Of a stretch of 64,000 nucleotides of DNA, positions 48,078-61,229 are shown piece by piece (the first letter of the stretch is position 1; each line of letters begins with the position of its first letter). Under the pieces are notes generated by a model, which was given only the letters and a program-made list of their open reading frames with translations, was not told the DNA's origin and ran no database searches. Both the position numbers and the translations under genes were made by a program. Origin of the DNA: Ranitomeya imitator (lineage: Eukaryota); NCBI RefSeq assembly GCF_032444005.1, contig NC_091284.1, positions 542,872,001-542,936,000 on the forward strand, in the 5' to 3' direction.

Positions 48078-49114
48078 TCCTGCGAAGCGGCCCGCATTCC
48101 CAGGGGATTCCCGTTTAAATCACAATCTCATGCAAAGTGGCCCGGCTGCTGGCAACGGTGGCAAATGGGCTGTCCATCCGGTTGGTAGCGGTCGCGGGGT
48201 CGTCCTCTCCATGTCGGGTATCTCTGGGGTCTCATCCATGGAACATCCTCTCTACAGTTTGCCAACTCCATCTTGTGTCCTCTCATCTCCTGCATGGTTT
48301 TAGCCATTGAAGCAACAACATCAGCTAAAGAGTCAAGCTTTTGTTGAAGAGCCTCATTAGTACTGGGCCCCAGGGGCTTAGCAATGGCCCCAGACATAGC
48401 TGATGTCACTGGCACTCCCTGTTGTTGAGGTGCCTCTGCCATGGGTTGCGCAGGATCCTGATCCCGAGGTGCCTCTGCCAGCTGGAGACGTATAGCGCTC
48501 TCCTTTAATTGGGCAAATGTCAATTCAGGGTTCTTAAAAACAAGCATGCTCACATGCCCCCGGTGAGAAGGGGTGTAGAGTCCCTCAATAAATTGATCTC
48601 TTAGCAGTTTATCCGCTCCGGTGTTAAAAATGGGTTCAGCCAGTGTAAGTGATTTAAGGGCTTCCTGCAGGTTTAAGGCAAAGTCTCTCACGCCCTCATT
48701 AGCTTTTTGTTTGCAATTAAAGAATCGTATTTTAGCTTTGCTGCTGGCCGTGGTTTCAAATGTAGCTTTTAATCCAGCAAATATGCGTTCAACAGTGCCT
48801 TTTAGATCAGCTGCCCATGCTGTGACTTCTCGCTTAGCATGGCCACTTAACTGCATCATCAGGAGACTAACACGCTGAACTTCACCCACAGGGAACATGT
48901 CAAAATGGGCCAGCATCTTTTCTCTGAAATCGTCAAGGGTATTAGGCTCACCTTCATACATTGGAAGCCATGGGCCACCCGGGGTATATGGCATCAGCAC
49001 CGGCATGATGGGCGCCACTCCTTGCACCGCTGCGCTGCCGGACTCTCTATTGACACTCTGTCTTTTAGCTGCATTAGCGTTGCCGGGTGCTGCGGCGTCT
49101 CCGTGCTGCGACAT
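48074..49114 (-). pseudogene. Gypsy gag with a premature TGA (48128-48130) inside the CCHC knuckle
   Basis: CHRCQQPGHFA*DC; the frame then continues through T TTA AAC (48113-48119) to a later TGA overlapping the pol ATG. Confidence 0.85.
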
Positions 49115-52023
49115 ACTGTGCCCCCTTAGTTAATCCGGACCCTTCCGGTCCTCCGCTTCCGTCGGGATAGTGTAGATTCGTTCCGCTGTGCAGCAGGATC
49201 GATTTTCCCCTTGCTCTGATGTCAGAGCGCTCAGCTTAGTGCCGCCCACAATGACACGCCCCCTGCTGCTCCCACCCACCGCGCTCTGTAATGGCGGGTT
49301 CTGAAGTTTTTCAGTTAGACTGGGGCTCAGGTGATGGCATAGCTCAATTAAAAGTCTCGTGCCTAACGGTTATGAAGTGATTACCTCAGGGGATGGCGGC
49401 CATCTTTACTCCATTATAACCAATGGGGAAAAGTCACTTTCAATAGTTTTCAATGGGGAATGGATTTTTCTTTAATAAAGTCAATTTTCAAGATTTTTCA
49501 TCCCAGTTTTCACAGTTTTGGGCTCCAATCACGGCACACAATACCCGGTATACGGGCTGGCTAGATCCTGTTCGTGACGCCAATTATGACGCCTAGGAGA
49601 CCGGGATACCCAGCACCGGACCAATGGAGTCTGTCTCTTGAGGGGGATGTCACGGGTGGCTTGACCCGGTGCTGTGGCCTCAGGCAATGCACAGTGTAAG
49701 GGGTATCATGAGGGGACAGGCACTTACTTGATCAGCAGCAGATTCTCCCAGCGGTGACGATCCCGATCCTGGATAGATGGCTATTGTCCAAATGAAAGAC
49801 TGAGGCACTGAAACGTTTAACCAGTTTACTTTAACATAAAAGGATTTACAACCAGTCCTGTCACCGGAGTCTGTATGGGAACTCTGAGTTACTTTGACCC
49901 TGCCGGGGTCTTCGCCTCCTATTGTGCGCAATTTCTGTGTGGCCCTGCTGCTGTATGTGAACTGGCTGCCGGCCCAATGTGTCCCCTCCGGGTCCTGGTT
50001 CGACGGGCAACCCGAGTCCTTTTATCGGCTTACCCCCTCCGGGAGTACCGCTGAACTCTGTGTCTGTTGCTGCGTCCGGCCCTAGTGAAGCTGATATCAC
50101 CTCACGTTTTTCCGGTTGCTGTATTATATATAATGAATACAGCCACGGATCCGGTATCCGTCTTTGCGCCTGTTCTGGGTAGTGATTAATGCTACCCGGT
50201 TCTCACAATGTCCTTTTTCTCTATCCCTCTTCTCCTCAGGCCGGTGATTTAGGCCTGGTAACAGTCACAGGGCTGTTAGATATTCAACTGTATGACCTCT
50301 CACTTTCAGCTCCTTAGCCCAACTGCCATTTCTTCTCTCAGACCAGAATGGATCAAGGGGAGTCTCTGGAGCTCCCCCTTCTGGCCGGAGGTGGTAGTGC
50401 AGTCTTGCTATTTTAGTATTTGTACTTACTGTCAGTAACTATTTTTGTGGCAAATACCCCTAGGGGTGCCACAATTACGTCCAGCGCGATCGGCCGCGCT
50501 CACGGGGGGAGCGCCGCCGATTGCGGCCGGGTGTCTGCTGCTTATCGCAGCTGACATCCGGCACTATGTGCCAGGAGCGGTCACGCCGCCCCCGGCACAT
50601 TAACCCCCGGCACACCGCGATCAAAGATGATCGCGATGTGCCGGCGGTGCAGGGAAGCATCGCGCAGGGAGGGGGCTCCCTGCGTGCTTCCCTGAGACCC
50701 CCGCAGCAACGCGATGTGATCGCGTTGCTCCGGGGGTCTCCTACCTCCCTCCCTGCAGTAAGTCCCGGATCCAAAATGGCCGCGGATCCGGGTCCTGCAG
50801 GGAGGGAGGTGGCTTACCAAGTGCCTGCTCAGAGCAGGCACTTGGTAACACTGCACTGCTCTCAGACAGATCGGTGATCTGCCAGAGTGCTGTGCAAACT
50901 GGCAGATCACCGATCTGTGATGTCCCCCCCTTGGACAAAGTAAAAAAGTAAAAAAAAAAATTTCCAAGTGTGTAAAAAAAAAAAAAAAATCCTAAATAAT
51001 GAAAAAAAAAAAATATATTATTCCCATAAATACATTTCTTTATCTAAATAATAATAAAAAAAAAACAATAAAAGTACACATATTTAGTATCGCCGCGTCC
51101 GTAACGACCCGACCTATAAAACTTGCCCTCTAGTTAACTCCTTCAGTAAACACCGTAAGAAAAAAAAAAAAAAAAACGAGGCAAAAAACAACGCTTTATT
51201 ATCATACCGCCAAACAAAAAGTGGAATAACACGCGATCAAAAAGACGGATATAAATAACCATGATACCGCTGAAAGCGTCATCTTGTCCCGCAAAAAATG
51301 AGCTGCCATACAGCAACATCAGCAAAAAAATAAAAAAGTTATAGTCCTCAGAATAAAGCGATGCAAAAATAATTATTTTTTTCTATAAAATAGTTTTTAT
51401 CGTATAAAAGCGCCAAAACATAAAAAAATGATATAAATGAGGTGTCGCTGTAATCATACTGAACCGAAGAATAAAACTGCTTTATCAATTTTACCAAACG
51501 CGGAACGGTATAAACGCCTCCCCCAAAATAAATTCATGAATAGCTGGTTTTTGGTCATTCTGCCTCACAAAAATCGGAATAAAAAGCGATCAAAAAATGT
51601 CACGTGCCCGAAAATGTTACCAATAAAAACGTCAACTCGTCCCGCAAAAAACAAGACCTCACATGACTCTGTGGACTCAAATATGGAAAAATTATAGCTC
51701 TCAAAATGTGGTAACGCAAAAAATATTTTTTGCAATAAAAAGCGTCTTTCAGTGTGTGACGGCTGCCAATCATAAAAAATCCGCTAAAAAACCTGCTATA
51801 AAAGTAAATGAAAAAAATGTATTTATTTCNNNNNNNNNNNNNNNNNNNNNNNNNNNNNNNNNNNNNNNNNNNNNNNNNNNNNNNNNNNNNNNNNNNNNNN
51901 NNNNNNNNNNNNNNNNNNNNNNNNNNNNNNNNNNNNNNNNNNNNNNNNNNNNNNNNNNNNNNNNNNNNNNNNNNNNNNNNNNNNNNNNNNNNNNNNNNNN
52001 NNNNNNNNNNNNNNNNNNNNNNN

Positions 52024-52215
52024 GGATAGGGCTAGGGTTAGGGCTAGGGTTAGGGTTAAGGCTACAGTTAGGGTTGGGGCTAAAGTTCGGGTTAGGGTTT
52101 GGATTACATTTGTGATTGGGATTAGGATTAGGGGTGTGTCTGGGTTAGAGGTGTGGTTAGGGTTACCGTTGGGATTAGGGTTAGGGGTGTGTTTGGATTA
52201 GGGTTTCAGTTATAA
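52024..52215 (+). repeat. Degenerate telomere-like (TTAGGG)n tract inside the piggyBac-like element
   Basis: GGGCTAGGGTTAGGGCTAGGGTTAGGGTT... with variant units; abuts the N run. Confidence 0.8.
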
Positions 52216-54040
52216 TTGGGGGGTTTCCACTGTTTAGGCACATCAGGGGCTCTCCAAACGCGACATGGCGACCGATCTCAATTCCATCCAATTCTGCATT
52301 GAAAAAGTAAAACAGTGCTCCTTCCCTTCCGAGCTCTCCCGTGTGCCCAAACAGGAGTTTACCCCAACATATGGGGTATCAGCGTACTCAGGACAAATTG
52401 GACAACAACTTTTGGGGTCCAATTTCTCCTGTTACCCTTGGGAAAATACAAAACTGGGGGCTAAAAAATAATTTTTGTGGGAAAAAAAGAGATTTTTTAT
52501 TTTCACGGCTCTGCGTTATAAACTGTAGTGAAACACTTGGGGGCTCAAAGTTCTCACAACACATCTAGATAAGTTCGTGGGGGGGTCTAGTTTCCAATAT
52601 GGGGTCACTTGTGGGGGTTTCTACTGTTTAGGTATATTAGGGGCTCTGCAAACGCAATGTGACGCCTGCAGACCATTCCATCTAAGTCTGCATTCCAAAT
52701 GGCGCTCCTTCCCTTCCGAGCCCTCCCATGCGCCCAAACGCTGGTTCCCCCCCACATATGGGGTATCAACGCACTCAGGACAAATTGGACAACAACTTTT
52801 GGGGTCCAATTTCTCCTTTTACCCTCGAGAAAATACAAAACTGGGGGCTAAAAAATAATTTTGAGCGGAAATTTTTTTTTTTATTTTCACGGCTCTGCGT
52901 TATAAACTGTAGTGAAATACTTGGGGCTCAAAGTTCTCACAACACATCTAGATAAGTTCCTTGGGGGGTCTAGTTTCCAATATGGGGTCACTTGTGGGGG
53001 TTTCTACTGTTTAGGTACATTAGGGGCTCTGCAAACACAATGTGACGCCTGCAGACCATTCCATCTAAGTCTGTATTCCAAATGGCGCTCCTTCCCTTCC
53101 GAGCCCTCCCATGCGCCCAAACGCTGGTTCTCCCCCACATATAGGGTATCAGCGCACTCAGGACAAATTGCACAACAACTTTTGGGGTCCAATTTCTGCT
53201 GTTACCCTCAGGAAAATACAAAACTGGGGGCTAAAAAATTATTTTTGTGGGAAAAAAATTTTGTTTTATTTTTACGGCTCTGCATTATAAACTTCTGTGA
53301 AACTCTTATTGGGTCAAAGTGCTCACCACACATCTAGATAAGTTCCTTAGGGGGTCTACTTTTCAAAATGGTGTCACTTGTGGGGGGTTTCAATGTTTAG
53401 GTACATCAGTGGCTCTCCAAACGCAACATGGCGTCCCATCTCAATTCCTGTCAATTTTGCATTGAAAGGTCAAATGGCGCTCCTTCCCTACCGAGCTCTC
53501 CCATGCGCCCAAACAATGGTTTACCCCCACATATGGGGTATCAGAGTACTCAGGACAAATTGTGCCACAACTTTTGTGGTCCAATTTCTTCTCTTACCAT
53601 TGGGAAAATAAAAAATTGGGGGCGAAAAGATAATTTTTGTGAAAAAAATGATTTTTTATTTTTACGGTTCTGCATTATAAACTTCTGTGAAGCACTTGGT
53701 GGGTCAAAGTGCTCACCATACCTCTAGATAAGTTCCTTAGGGGGTCTACTTTCCAAAATGGTGTCACTTGTGGGGGGTTTGAATGTTTAGGCACATCAGT
53801 GGCTCTCCAAACGCAACATGGCGTCCCATCTCAATTCCAGTCAATTTTGCATTGAAAAGTCAAATGGCGCTCCTTCCCTTCCGAGCTCTGCCATGCGCCC
53901 AAACTGTGGTTAACCCCCACATATGGGGTATCAGCGTACTCAGGACAAATTGTACAACAACGTTTGGGTCCATTTTCTCCTGTAACCCTTGGTAAAATAA
54001 AACAAATTGGAGCTGAAGTAAATTTTTTGTGAAAAAAAGT
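52216..54040 (+). repeat. ~385-390-bp tandem repeat, about 4.5 copies, inside the piggyBac-like element
   Basis: Anchor TGTTTAGG recurs at 52231, 52625, 53008, 53394 and 53784. Confidence 0.9.
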
Positions 54041-55580
54041 TAAATGTTAATTTTTATTTAAACATTCCAAAAATTCCTGTGAAGCACCTGAAGGGTTAAT
54101 AAACTTCTTGAATGTGGTTTTGAGAACCTTGAGGGGTGCAGTTTTTAGAATGGTGTCACACTTGGGTATTTTCTATAATATAGACCCCTTAAAATGACTT
54201 CAAATGAGATGTGGTCCCTAAAATAAAATGGTGTTGTAAAAATGAGAAATTGCTGGTCAACTTTTAACCCTTATAACTCCCTAACAAAAAAAAATTTTGG
54301 TTCCAAAATTGTGCTGATGTAAAGTAGACATGTGGGAAATGTTACTTATTAAGTATTTTGTGTGACATATCTCTGTGATTTAATTGCATAAAAATTCAAA
54401 GTTGGAGGAGGGCGTGTCTAGCAGCCGGAGAAGAAGGACGCATGGTGGAGAGCTCCTCCAGTAAATAGGAGATAAAAGGTCTTCCCCTAGACCTTAAACC
54501 ATCACAGACCACCCGAAATTCCCTAGCAGCAAGCCTGGATTAAGGGAGACCCCCAGCTGTGCCCCGGAGAAGTTATACCGGATCCGTAGGCACAGAGAGG
54601 CTCTGCAGCACAGCGCATCGAGCATAGGCCGGCACAAAGAAGACTTCTCAGGCACAGCTACCGGCTCAGGGAGGCCCGGCAGGCGGCGTGTGACAAGGTG
54701 AGCGGCGGCAGCAAGAAGCTTGCGGACCCCCGCTGAGCTAAGGGGGTAGTGAAGAGGAGACCCTCCCGCCCCTGTATTCCCCGCGGCACCCGCAGAGAGA
54801 GCACCGCGAGCGTGCACACCCGGATCCCCTGCAGGCAGGCGGCGCATGGTGAGGAGAGCGGCGGCAGCAAAAAGCCCGCGGACCCCCCGCCAAGCTAAGG
54901 GGGTAGTGAAGGGGAGACCATCCCGCCCCTGTATTCCCCGCGACACCCACGGAGAGAGCATCGCAGGCGTGCTTACCCGGAACCCCTGCAGGCAGGCAGC
55001 ACGTGGTGAGGAGAGCGGCGGCAGTGAGGAGTCTGCAGACCCCCCGCCGAGCCACGGAGGTGTTGAGGGAGAGACGGTCTCATCCTTTGATCCCCTGGGG
55101 CTCCATCGGCGAGATTGCCGCGAGTGCGCCTTTGCTCCGTCGGTGCCGACTGTTTTCCCGCCACTGGAGGGATAGACGCCATCTTGGGGACGGAGCACCT
55201 CATAGAGAAGCACCATATCAGGGCAGGCACTCCCATCCTTGCTGTAGAAGCAGAGCAGTCACTCTACCATAGCCCCTTACTGGGCTGTCATCGTGCCTTA
55301 TCTACATTACATCAGAAAGCAGAGCCTCAGCACTCTACCTAACAAGCTTATAATTTACAAACTTAGACCTCTGGTGACACCTAGTGTTGGAACTGTTTAT
55401 CACATCTAGAGGTTCCTTTTTCTGGCTCAGGACATTGTATATGCCCCACTAATTTAAAGATTATAATTAAATGCACCTCGGAGGGGGCTTGCTAATGGGG
55501 GGCTCTGCCTGATGCGGTGATCGCTGCACCCCCATGTTCCCCTGAACTCTACCACAGGCGATTAATAGCAGCAGACATAT

Positions 55581-56663
55581 ATGGGTAAAACTAAGAAGAC
55601 TTCTGGGCAACCCATAAGCTTACACAAGGAGCCTCCTATTGAGGATATGGAACGGTTCTTAAACCAGCCACTCCAAACAAGGAACACCAGATCAGCAATG
55701 TCGCAAACACCGCATAAAAATAGTTCCTCCTCAAAAGAGCCACAGACCGCACATATCTCCCCTAAAAAATCAACAGACAACAGTGGCGGAGATGAAGACA
55801 TGCCGGAGGACATGAATATAGCTGAATTGAGTAAATACATTAAAGCTCTTCCAACCAAAACGGACCTGGAAAGTTTTGCGTGTAGGCTTGAGAACTCGTA
55901 CAAAAAGGAGATACATAATTTGCAGACAGAATTCACATCGCGTATAGAAGATGTGGAAAAGACCCAGGAGAATATCTCACAGGAACTTCAGGCCCACAGA
56001 GAAATCTTAATGGACCACACCATGAAATTGGAGGAAATGTCATCTGGTCTTGAGGACCTGGAAAATCGCAATAGGCGTAACAATATCCGTATACGTGGCC
56101 TACCAGAATCTGTCAGTCCTCAGGACCTAGATCGTACAGTCCAGAGAATATTTCTGGACATTCTCGGCGACCACGAGGACAACACCATCGAGTTCGATAG
56201 GATTCATAGATCCCTTGGTCCTAAACCCACGTCTGAGTCACGCCCCAGAGACGTCATCTGTAGGGTACATTACTTCAGAGTTAAGGAGGCCATCATGATG
56301 GCCTCTAGGAAAAAGGGATCCCTCCAGTTTGAAGGTCAGCCAATCCTACTCCTATCAGATCTATCCAGGCGCACTCTATTTTTGCGCAAAGCTCTGAAGC
56401 CCTTGCTGGAGGTTCTCAAGGAAAGAGACATCCCCTGCAGGTGGGGGTTCCCATTCCAACTATCAGCATCCAAAGGTGGCAAAAGCGCATATTTCCGCCG
56501 GATTGGGGACCTGGCTAACTTCCTGGGCACGTTTGAACTTCCATTAATAAATCTTCCGGATTGGCCTCTGGCTCCGACACTCCCAGATGCTCCTCCAAAG
56601 TGGCTCAAGGTTCCCCGTTCCAAGAATCGCCATACTACCGAAGGCTCCTCAGAGCCTCCATGA
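55581..56663 (+). CDS. L1 ORF1p (360 aa)
   Basis: Coiled coil followed by LEDLENRNRRNNIRIRGLPES, HRSLG and RDVI motifs of L1 ORF1. Confidence 0.95.
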   Translation: MGKTKKTSGQPISLHKEPPIEDMERFLNQPLQTRNTRSAMSQTPHKNSSSSKEPQTAHISPKKSTDNSGGDEDMPEDMNIAELSKYIKALPTKTDLESFACRLENSYKKEIHNLQTEFTSRIEDVEKTQENISQELQAHREILMDHTMKLEEMSSGLEDLENRNRRNNIRIRGLPESVSPQDLDRTVQRIFLDILGDHEDNTIEFDRIHRSLGPKPTSESRPRDVICRVHYFRVKEAIMMASRKKGSLQFEGQPILLLSDLSRRTLFLRKALKPLLEVLKERDIPCRWGFPFQLSASKGGKSAYFRRIGDLANFLGTFELPLINLPDWPLAPTLPDAPPKWLKVPRSKNRHTTEGSSEPP

Positions 56664-57388
56664 AGTTTTTTTTTTTTTTTCTCTTTTCTTGTTTCAGTCT
56701 CTTCTTAGTTCCAAGTAGTTTTTATTCATTGCTGCAATGCATTTAGATACTCTACTGCAGTTGAGTAGTCTCATGAACACTTATTGTTAATCAGATGAGT
56801 CTCCTGGTGGGGCGGCCTGTCTTACCATGGGCTCGCCTTGGAGGTTTGATTCTATTTTTTAAGCACCTGGGCACGTGGTGTCCTGCCTGTCATCGGTGAA
56901 TTTGTCCTTCTTCCCTCCCCCCTAAATTCCCACCCCTTCCCTCCCTCCCCCTTCCCCCCCCCCCCTCCTTTTTTTTTTTTTTTGCATTCGCTGATGGCAT
57001 GCGGGACATTTCGCCGGTGCAGGGACTATTATCATGTTTAACCAAACGTTATGTGTTTATAAGTTCTCGTTTATGGGACCTACCAGGTTCGGGGGGACTG
57101 GGGGGGTCAGTGTTTCCCTTGGCTTCCCTTACTCACCTAAGGTGCGCGGGTGAAGGGAGGGGAGGAGACCTCTCCTCCTTTCTTTTGCCCTAACTACACA
57201 GATGTAAAGTATGACCCGGTGCGTCAATCCCAACGCACCTTCTTTTATGCTTTCCATGTTCTATTATTTCTTCTCTACCCCGCCTTTTTCCCTTCCTTCC
57301 TATTGTTTCTTCCCTACTACCCCTGGCTGTCGCGTGTTCTGGCGGATGGGGCGCATGGTATTACGGAATGACGTACAGGTATTTGATA

Positions 57389-60300
57389 ATGGATGAAATT
57401 AAATTTTGCTCCTTCAACGTTAAGGGGCTAAACATACCGGAAAAAAAGAAGACAGGTCCTATTTGATAGTCACAAACAGGGGGTATCTGTATTACTGCTC
57501 CAAGAGACACATTTCAAAACTGGTGTGGTGCCACAATGTATTACGAAAAATTACCCTAAATGGTATCACTGCCCAAATCCATTTTCAAAGTCAAAAGGTG
57601 TCTCAATAGCCTTCCACAAATCCTTTGTGCCTGAGATCTTAGATTCACAAATTGACAAAAATGGCAGATATATCTTCCTACTCATCACATGGGCAGCTCA
57701 TAAACTTGTAATCGCTAACGTTTATTTTCCAAACCAAGGGCAACAGAAGTTTGGAGCCGAATGCAAAAGACGCCTTGAGGAGTTTGCCGGTTCCTCTCCT
57801 GTGATACTTGGGGGCGACTTTAATATTCCTATGAACCCTGCGGTGGATGTCTCTTCGGGTAAGTCTTCATATCCTGCATCTTCTATTAAAAAAATAAGAT
57901 CCCAGCTGCGCAGCATGAGACTGGTAGATGTCTGGAGGGTTCTTAATCCAACAACCAAGGACTATAGCTTCTTCTCAAAAATACATAACACCTACAGTAG
58001 AATAGATTACTTTTTTGTTTCTCATAGGTTGCTTGACATGCAGGTAAAGGCGGATGTGGGGTCAATACTGTGGTCAGATCATGCTCCTATTTACTTAACA
58101 ATCTCACTTCATTCTGCCTCAAGACCAGGTTTCTCTTGGCGCTTGAATGAAAATCTGTTACAAGATCCCATATGTAAATCCAAGATTGATCAAACAATCA
58201 CAGATTTCCTGACTGACCACGAGGAAGACACCACGTCCCCCACTGTAAAATGGGAGGCGTTGAAAAGTGTAATAAGAGGCGTCCTCATTTCTCATGGCGC
58301 TAGGCTAAAAAAAGAAAGAGCGGCGGAAATACTTAGCTTAACAGAACAAATACACCAATTAGAAAACAAACACAAACGAGATCTTGAGGCTAGCACATTT
58401 ACTAGGCTCTCCTCGGCCAGACAAAAACTGCTATCTATAATAGACCAAAAATCCAAATGCCTCAGAGAAAGACTTAAGAGCCGCTTCTACCAGCTCGGCA
58501 ATAAAAGTGGTAGACTCTTGGCCAGAGCTCTCAATCAACGCAATTCCAACACTTACATCCCTTTTATTAAAAACAAAGAGGGGAAGAAAGTTTTTAATAC
58601 CAGAGATATTCTCTCCAACTTCAGTGAATACTACAAATCTCTATATAACACAGCAGGACACTATAAAGAGGCTCCATTACATTCTCTCCGTAATAAAATC
58701 AAATCATATTTACAGGAACATAAACTACCCACTCTGCCTGAAGGTGATCTACTTGATCTTGAAAAGGAATTCTCAGTGGAGGAGGTGTCTGAAACCATCA
58801 GCGCCCTGAAACAGGGCAAGAGCCCGGGCCCTGATGGGTACTCAGCAGGCTTCTACAAGTCATTCAACTCACTGCTTAGCCCAATATTCCTGAAGGCATG
58901 TAATTATGTCTCTCTTGGGGGCTCGTTCCCTACACAGGCACTCATCGCTCACATAACAGTTCTCCCTAAGCCGGGCAAGGATCCTTCTACTTGCGACAAT
59001 TACCGTCCGATTTCCTTAATAAACCTAGACATTAAAATATATGCAAAAATGTTAGCCAATAGCCTATGTCCCCTTTTACCGAAATTAATAAACCAGGATC
59101 AGGTGGGCTTCGTCCCAGGGCGAGAGGCGAGGGATAATACAATCCGAACCATCTCTCTAATTGACAGAGCGGGCAGAGAGGGGGACCCCCTGTGTATCAT
59201 GTCAATTGACGCTGAAAAGGCCTTTGACCGGGTCCATTGGGAATTTATTTCTCAGACTCTAGAGGAAATTGGCCTAAAAGAGAACATGCTGCGTAGGATC
59301 TCCGCCCTGTATTCTTCCCCTAGTGCTCAGGTCAAGGTAAATGGCACACTATCGGAAATGTTCCCGATCAGGAATGGTACAAGACAGGGGTGCCCTCTCT
59401 CTCCCCTCTTATATATTCTAACAATGGAGCATTTAGCTGTGGCCTTGAGAAACAACCCATCAATCACTGGTATAAAACTTTGTTCCGAAGAACATAAGCT
59501 AGCGCTTTTTGCAGATGACATCCTGTTATATATTACGGCCCCCTCTACGAGTCTACCAAACATCATTTCGGAGCTACATAAATTCGGATTTCTAAGCAAC
59601 TTCAAAATAAATTCCCATAAATCCGAAATCCTAAACATTTCACTCCAACTCCCTTTGGTAAATCATCTTAGGAAGACCTTCCCATTTAAATGGTGCTTTG
59701 ATTCCCTTACTTATTTAGGTATTAAAATTACAAGCAAAACATCTAAGTTGTTCGAAACCAACCTAGCACCAACCCTACAGAAAACAAACTCAGATTTAGA
59801 GAAATGGCACAGGCTCCAATTGTCCTGGCTGGGTAGGATCAACGCAGTTAAGATGGACCTCCTGCCTCGCCTCTTATATTTTTTCCAAACAATCCCCCTA
59901 TACCTACCGGCTTCTTTCTTTTCCCGCCTCAAACAAATGATTACTCGTTTTATTTGGTCTCATAACCGGGCGCGTATTTCATATACAACATTAAGTAGAT
60001 CTAAACTGACGGGTGGATTGGGTCTCCCGGATCTCGCAATTTATAGCTACGCATCAATGGGAACTTGTATTCTAGACCTTTATCACAGTAAAAACAACAA
60101 AAAATGGGTAAACCTAGAAAACGATCTTAATGGATGCGACTCCCGAGTTGTTCTTTGGACAGGAGACAGGGGGCCAGGACCAGGCACTTACATACCCTTC
60201 CTCACACGAAACATACTGCTTCTTATTAAAAACCGAAACAAAGACCTTCAGATCACAACTCTCCCGGGCCCCTTAATTCCAATTTATGACAATTCTGCTT

Positions 60301-61229
60301 TTCCGGCGGGGCTGAATAGAGAGACATTTCTACATAAGAGAAAAGATTCCAATCCCATCATCCATGACTACTTAAAAGAAACTGGTATGAAGACCCTTCG
60401 GGAATTATTCCCAGAGGAGGAATCACACTCTGTTGATTGGTTCTTCTATGAACAACTAAAAAGTTATATCCACTCAATCTCTAAGCAAGCCAATATCAGC
60501 AGACCGCTAACTCCCTTTGAGAAGCTTTGTATATCAGCAAATCCCCCGGATCATACTGTCTCGCTGCTGTATAAAATCTTCCAAGAGGGGAGGGCTCCAC
60601 TGCAGGGTTGGCCATTGTTTTTCTCGAAGTGGGAGGACGATCTGGGAAGGTCCTTGTCATCTGAAGATAGGGGAAAAATTCTTCTCTTCTCATCTAGATC
60701 GTCATTATGCGCGGTATCACAGGAGAGGAGCTATAAGATTCTAGCAAGATGGTACAGATGCCCCTCCATGGTGCATGCGGTGTTCCCCACGACCCCTGAC
60801 ACCTGCTGGAGATGTCTAAAGGAGATAGGCTCTTACATGCATATCTGGTGGGACTGCCCCCCCATAAAGGATTTGTGGTTGGCTGTTTTTGAACTTCATA
60901 ACAAGCTGTCTATCATACAGATCCAACCTTCACCAAGTATAGCATTGTTGTCTCTATGCGACTTGTCAATATCTAGGTTCAAGAAGGGTATCCTTAGACA
61001 CTTTCTTACTGCAGTCAGAAATCTAATTCCTCGGTTTTGGAAACAAGAAAAATTTCCTTCCCGTACAGAATTTGTGGCAGAACTTAATAACATCTATAGA
61101 ATGGAGCAGCTGATAAACCAGTCACCAGGTAACGCAGAAAAAACCTACAACATATGGGCCCCCTGGATCGCTTTTAGGGAAACTCCTGAACTAGACCTCT
61201 GGGTTTCCAGAACCCGACACATTGTATAG
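57389..61229 (+). CDS. L1 ORF2p (APE endonuclease, RT, CCHC); 1279 aa if one extra A in the run at 57441-57447 is removed
   Basis: MDEIKFCSFNVKGL, then after a +1 shift QETH, GGDFN, SRIDYF, SDHAP, PGPDG, DAEKAFD, QGCPLSP, FADD and CWRC...H..W.C. Confidence 0.92.

Larger units (their letters stand above)
42568..50473 (-). mobile_element. Young full-length Gypsy LTR retrotransposon (7906 bp)
   Basis: 889-bp LTRs 42568-43456 and 49585-50473 (five mismatches seen by eye); 4-bp TSD ATTA; PPT next to 43457; PBS ATCCTGTTCGTGACGCCA (49565-49582) equals the 3' 18 nt of a tRNA-Ser(CGA) as I recall it. Confidence 0.97.

Noticed and set aside
54494-55272. Antisense 240-aa ORF and other ORFs in the L1 5' UTR
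   Set aside because: Stop-poor GC-rich monomer repeats explain them; no recognisable domain.
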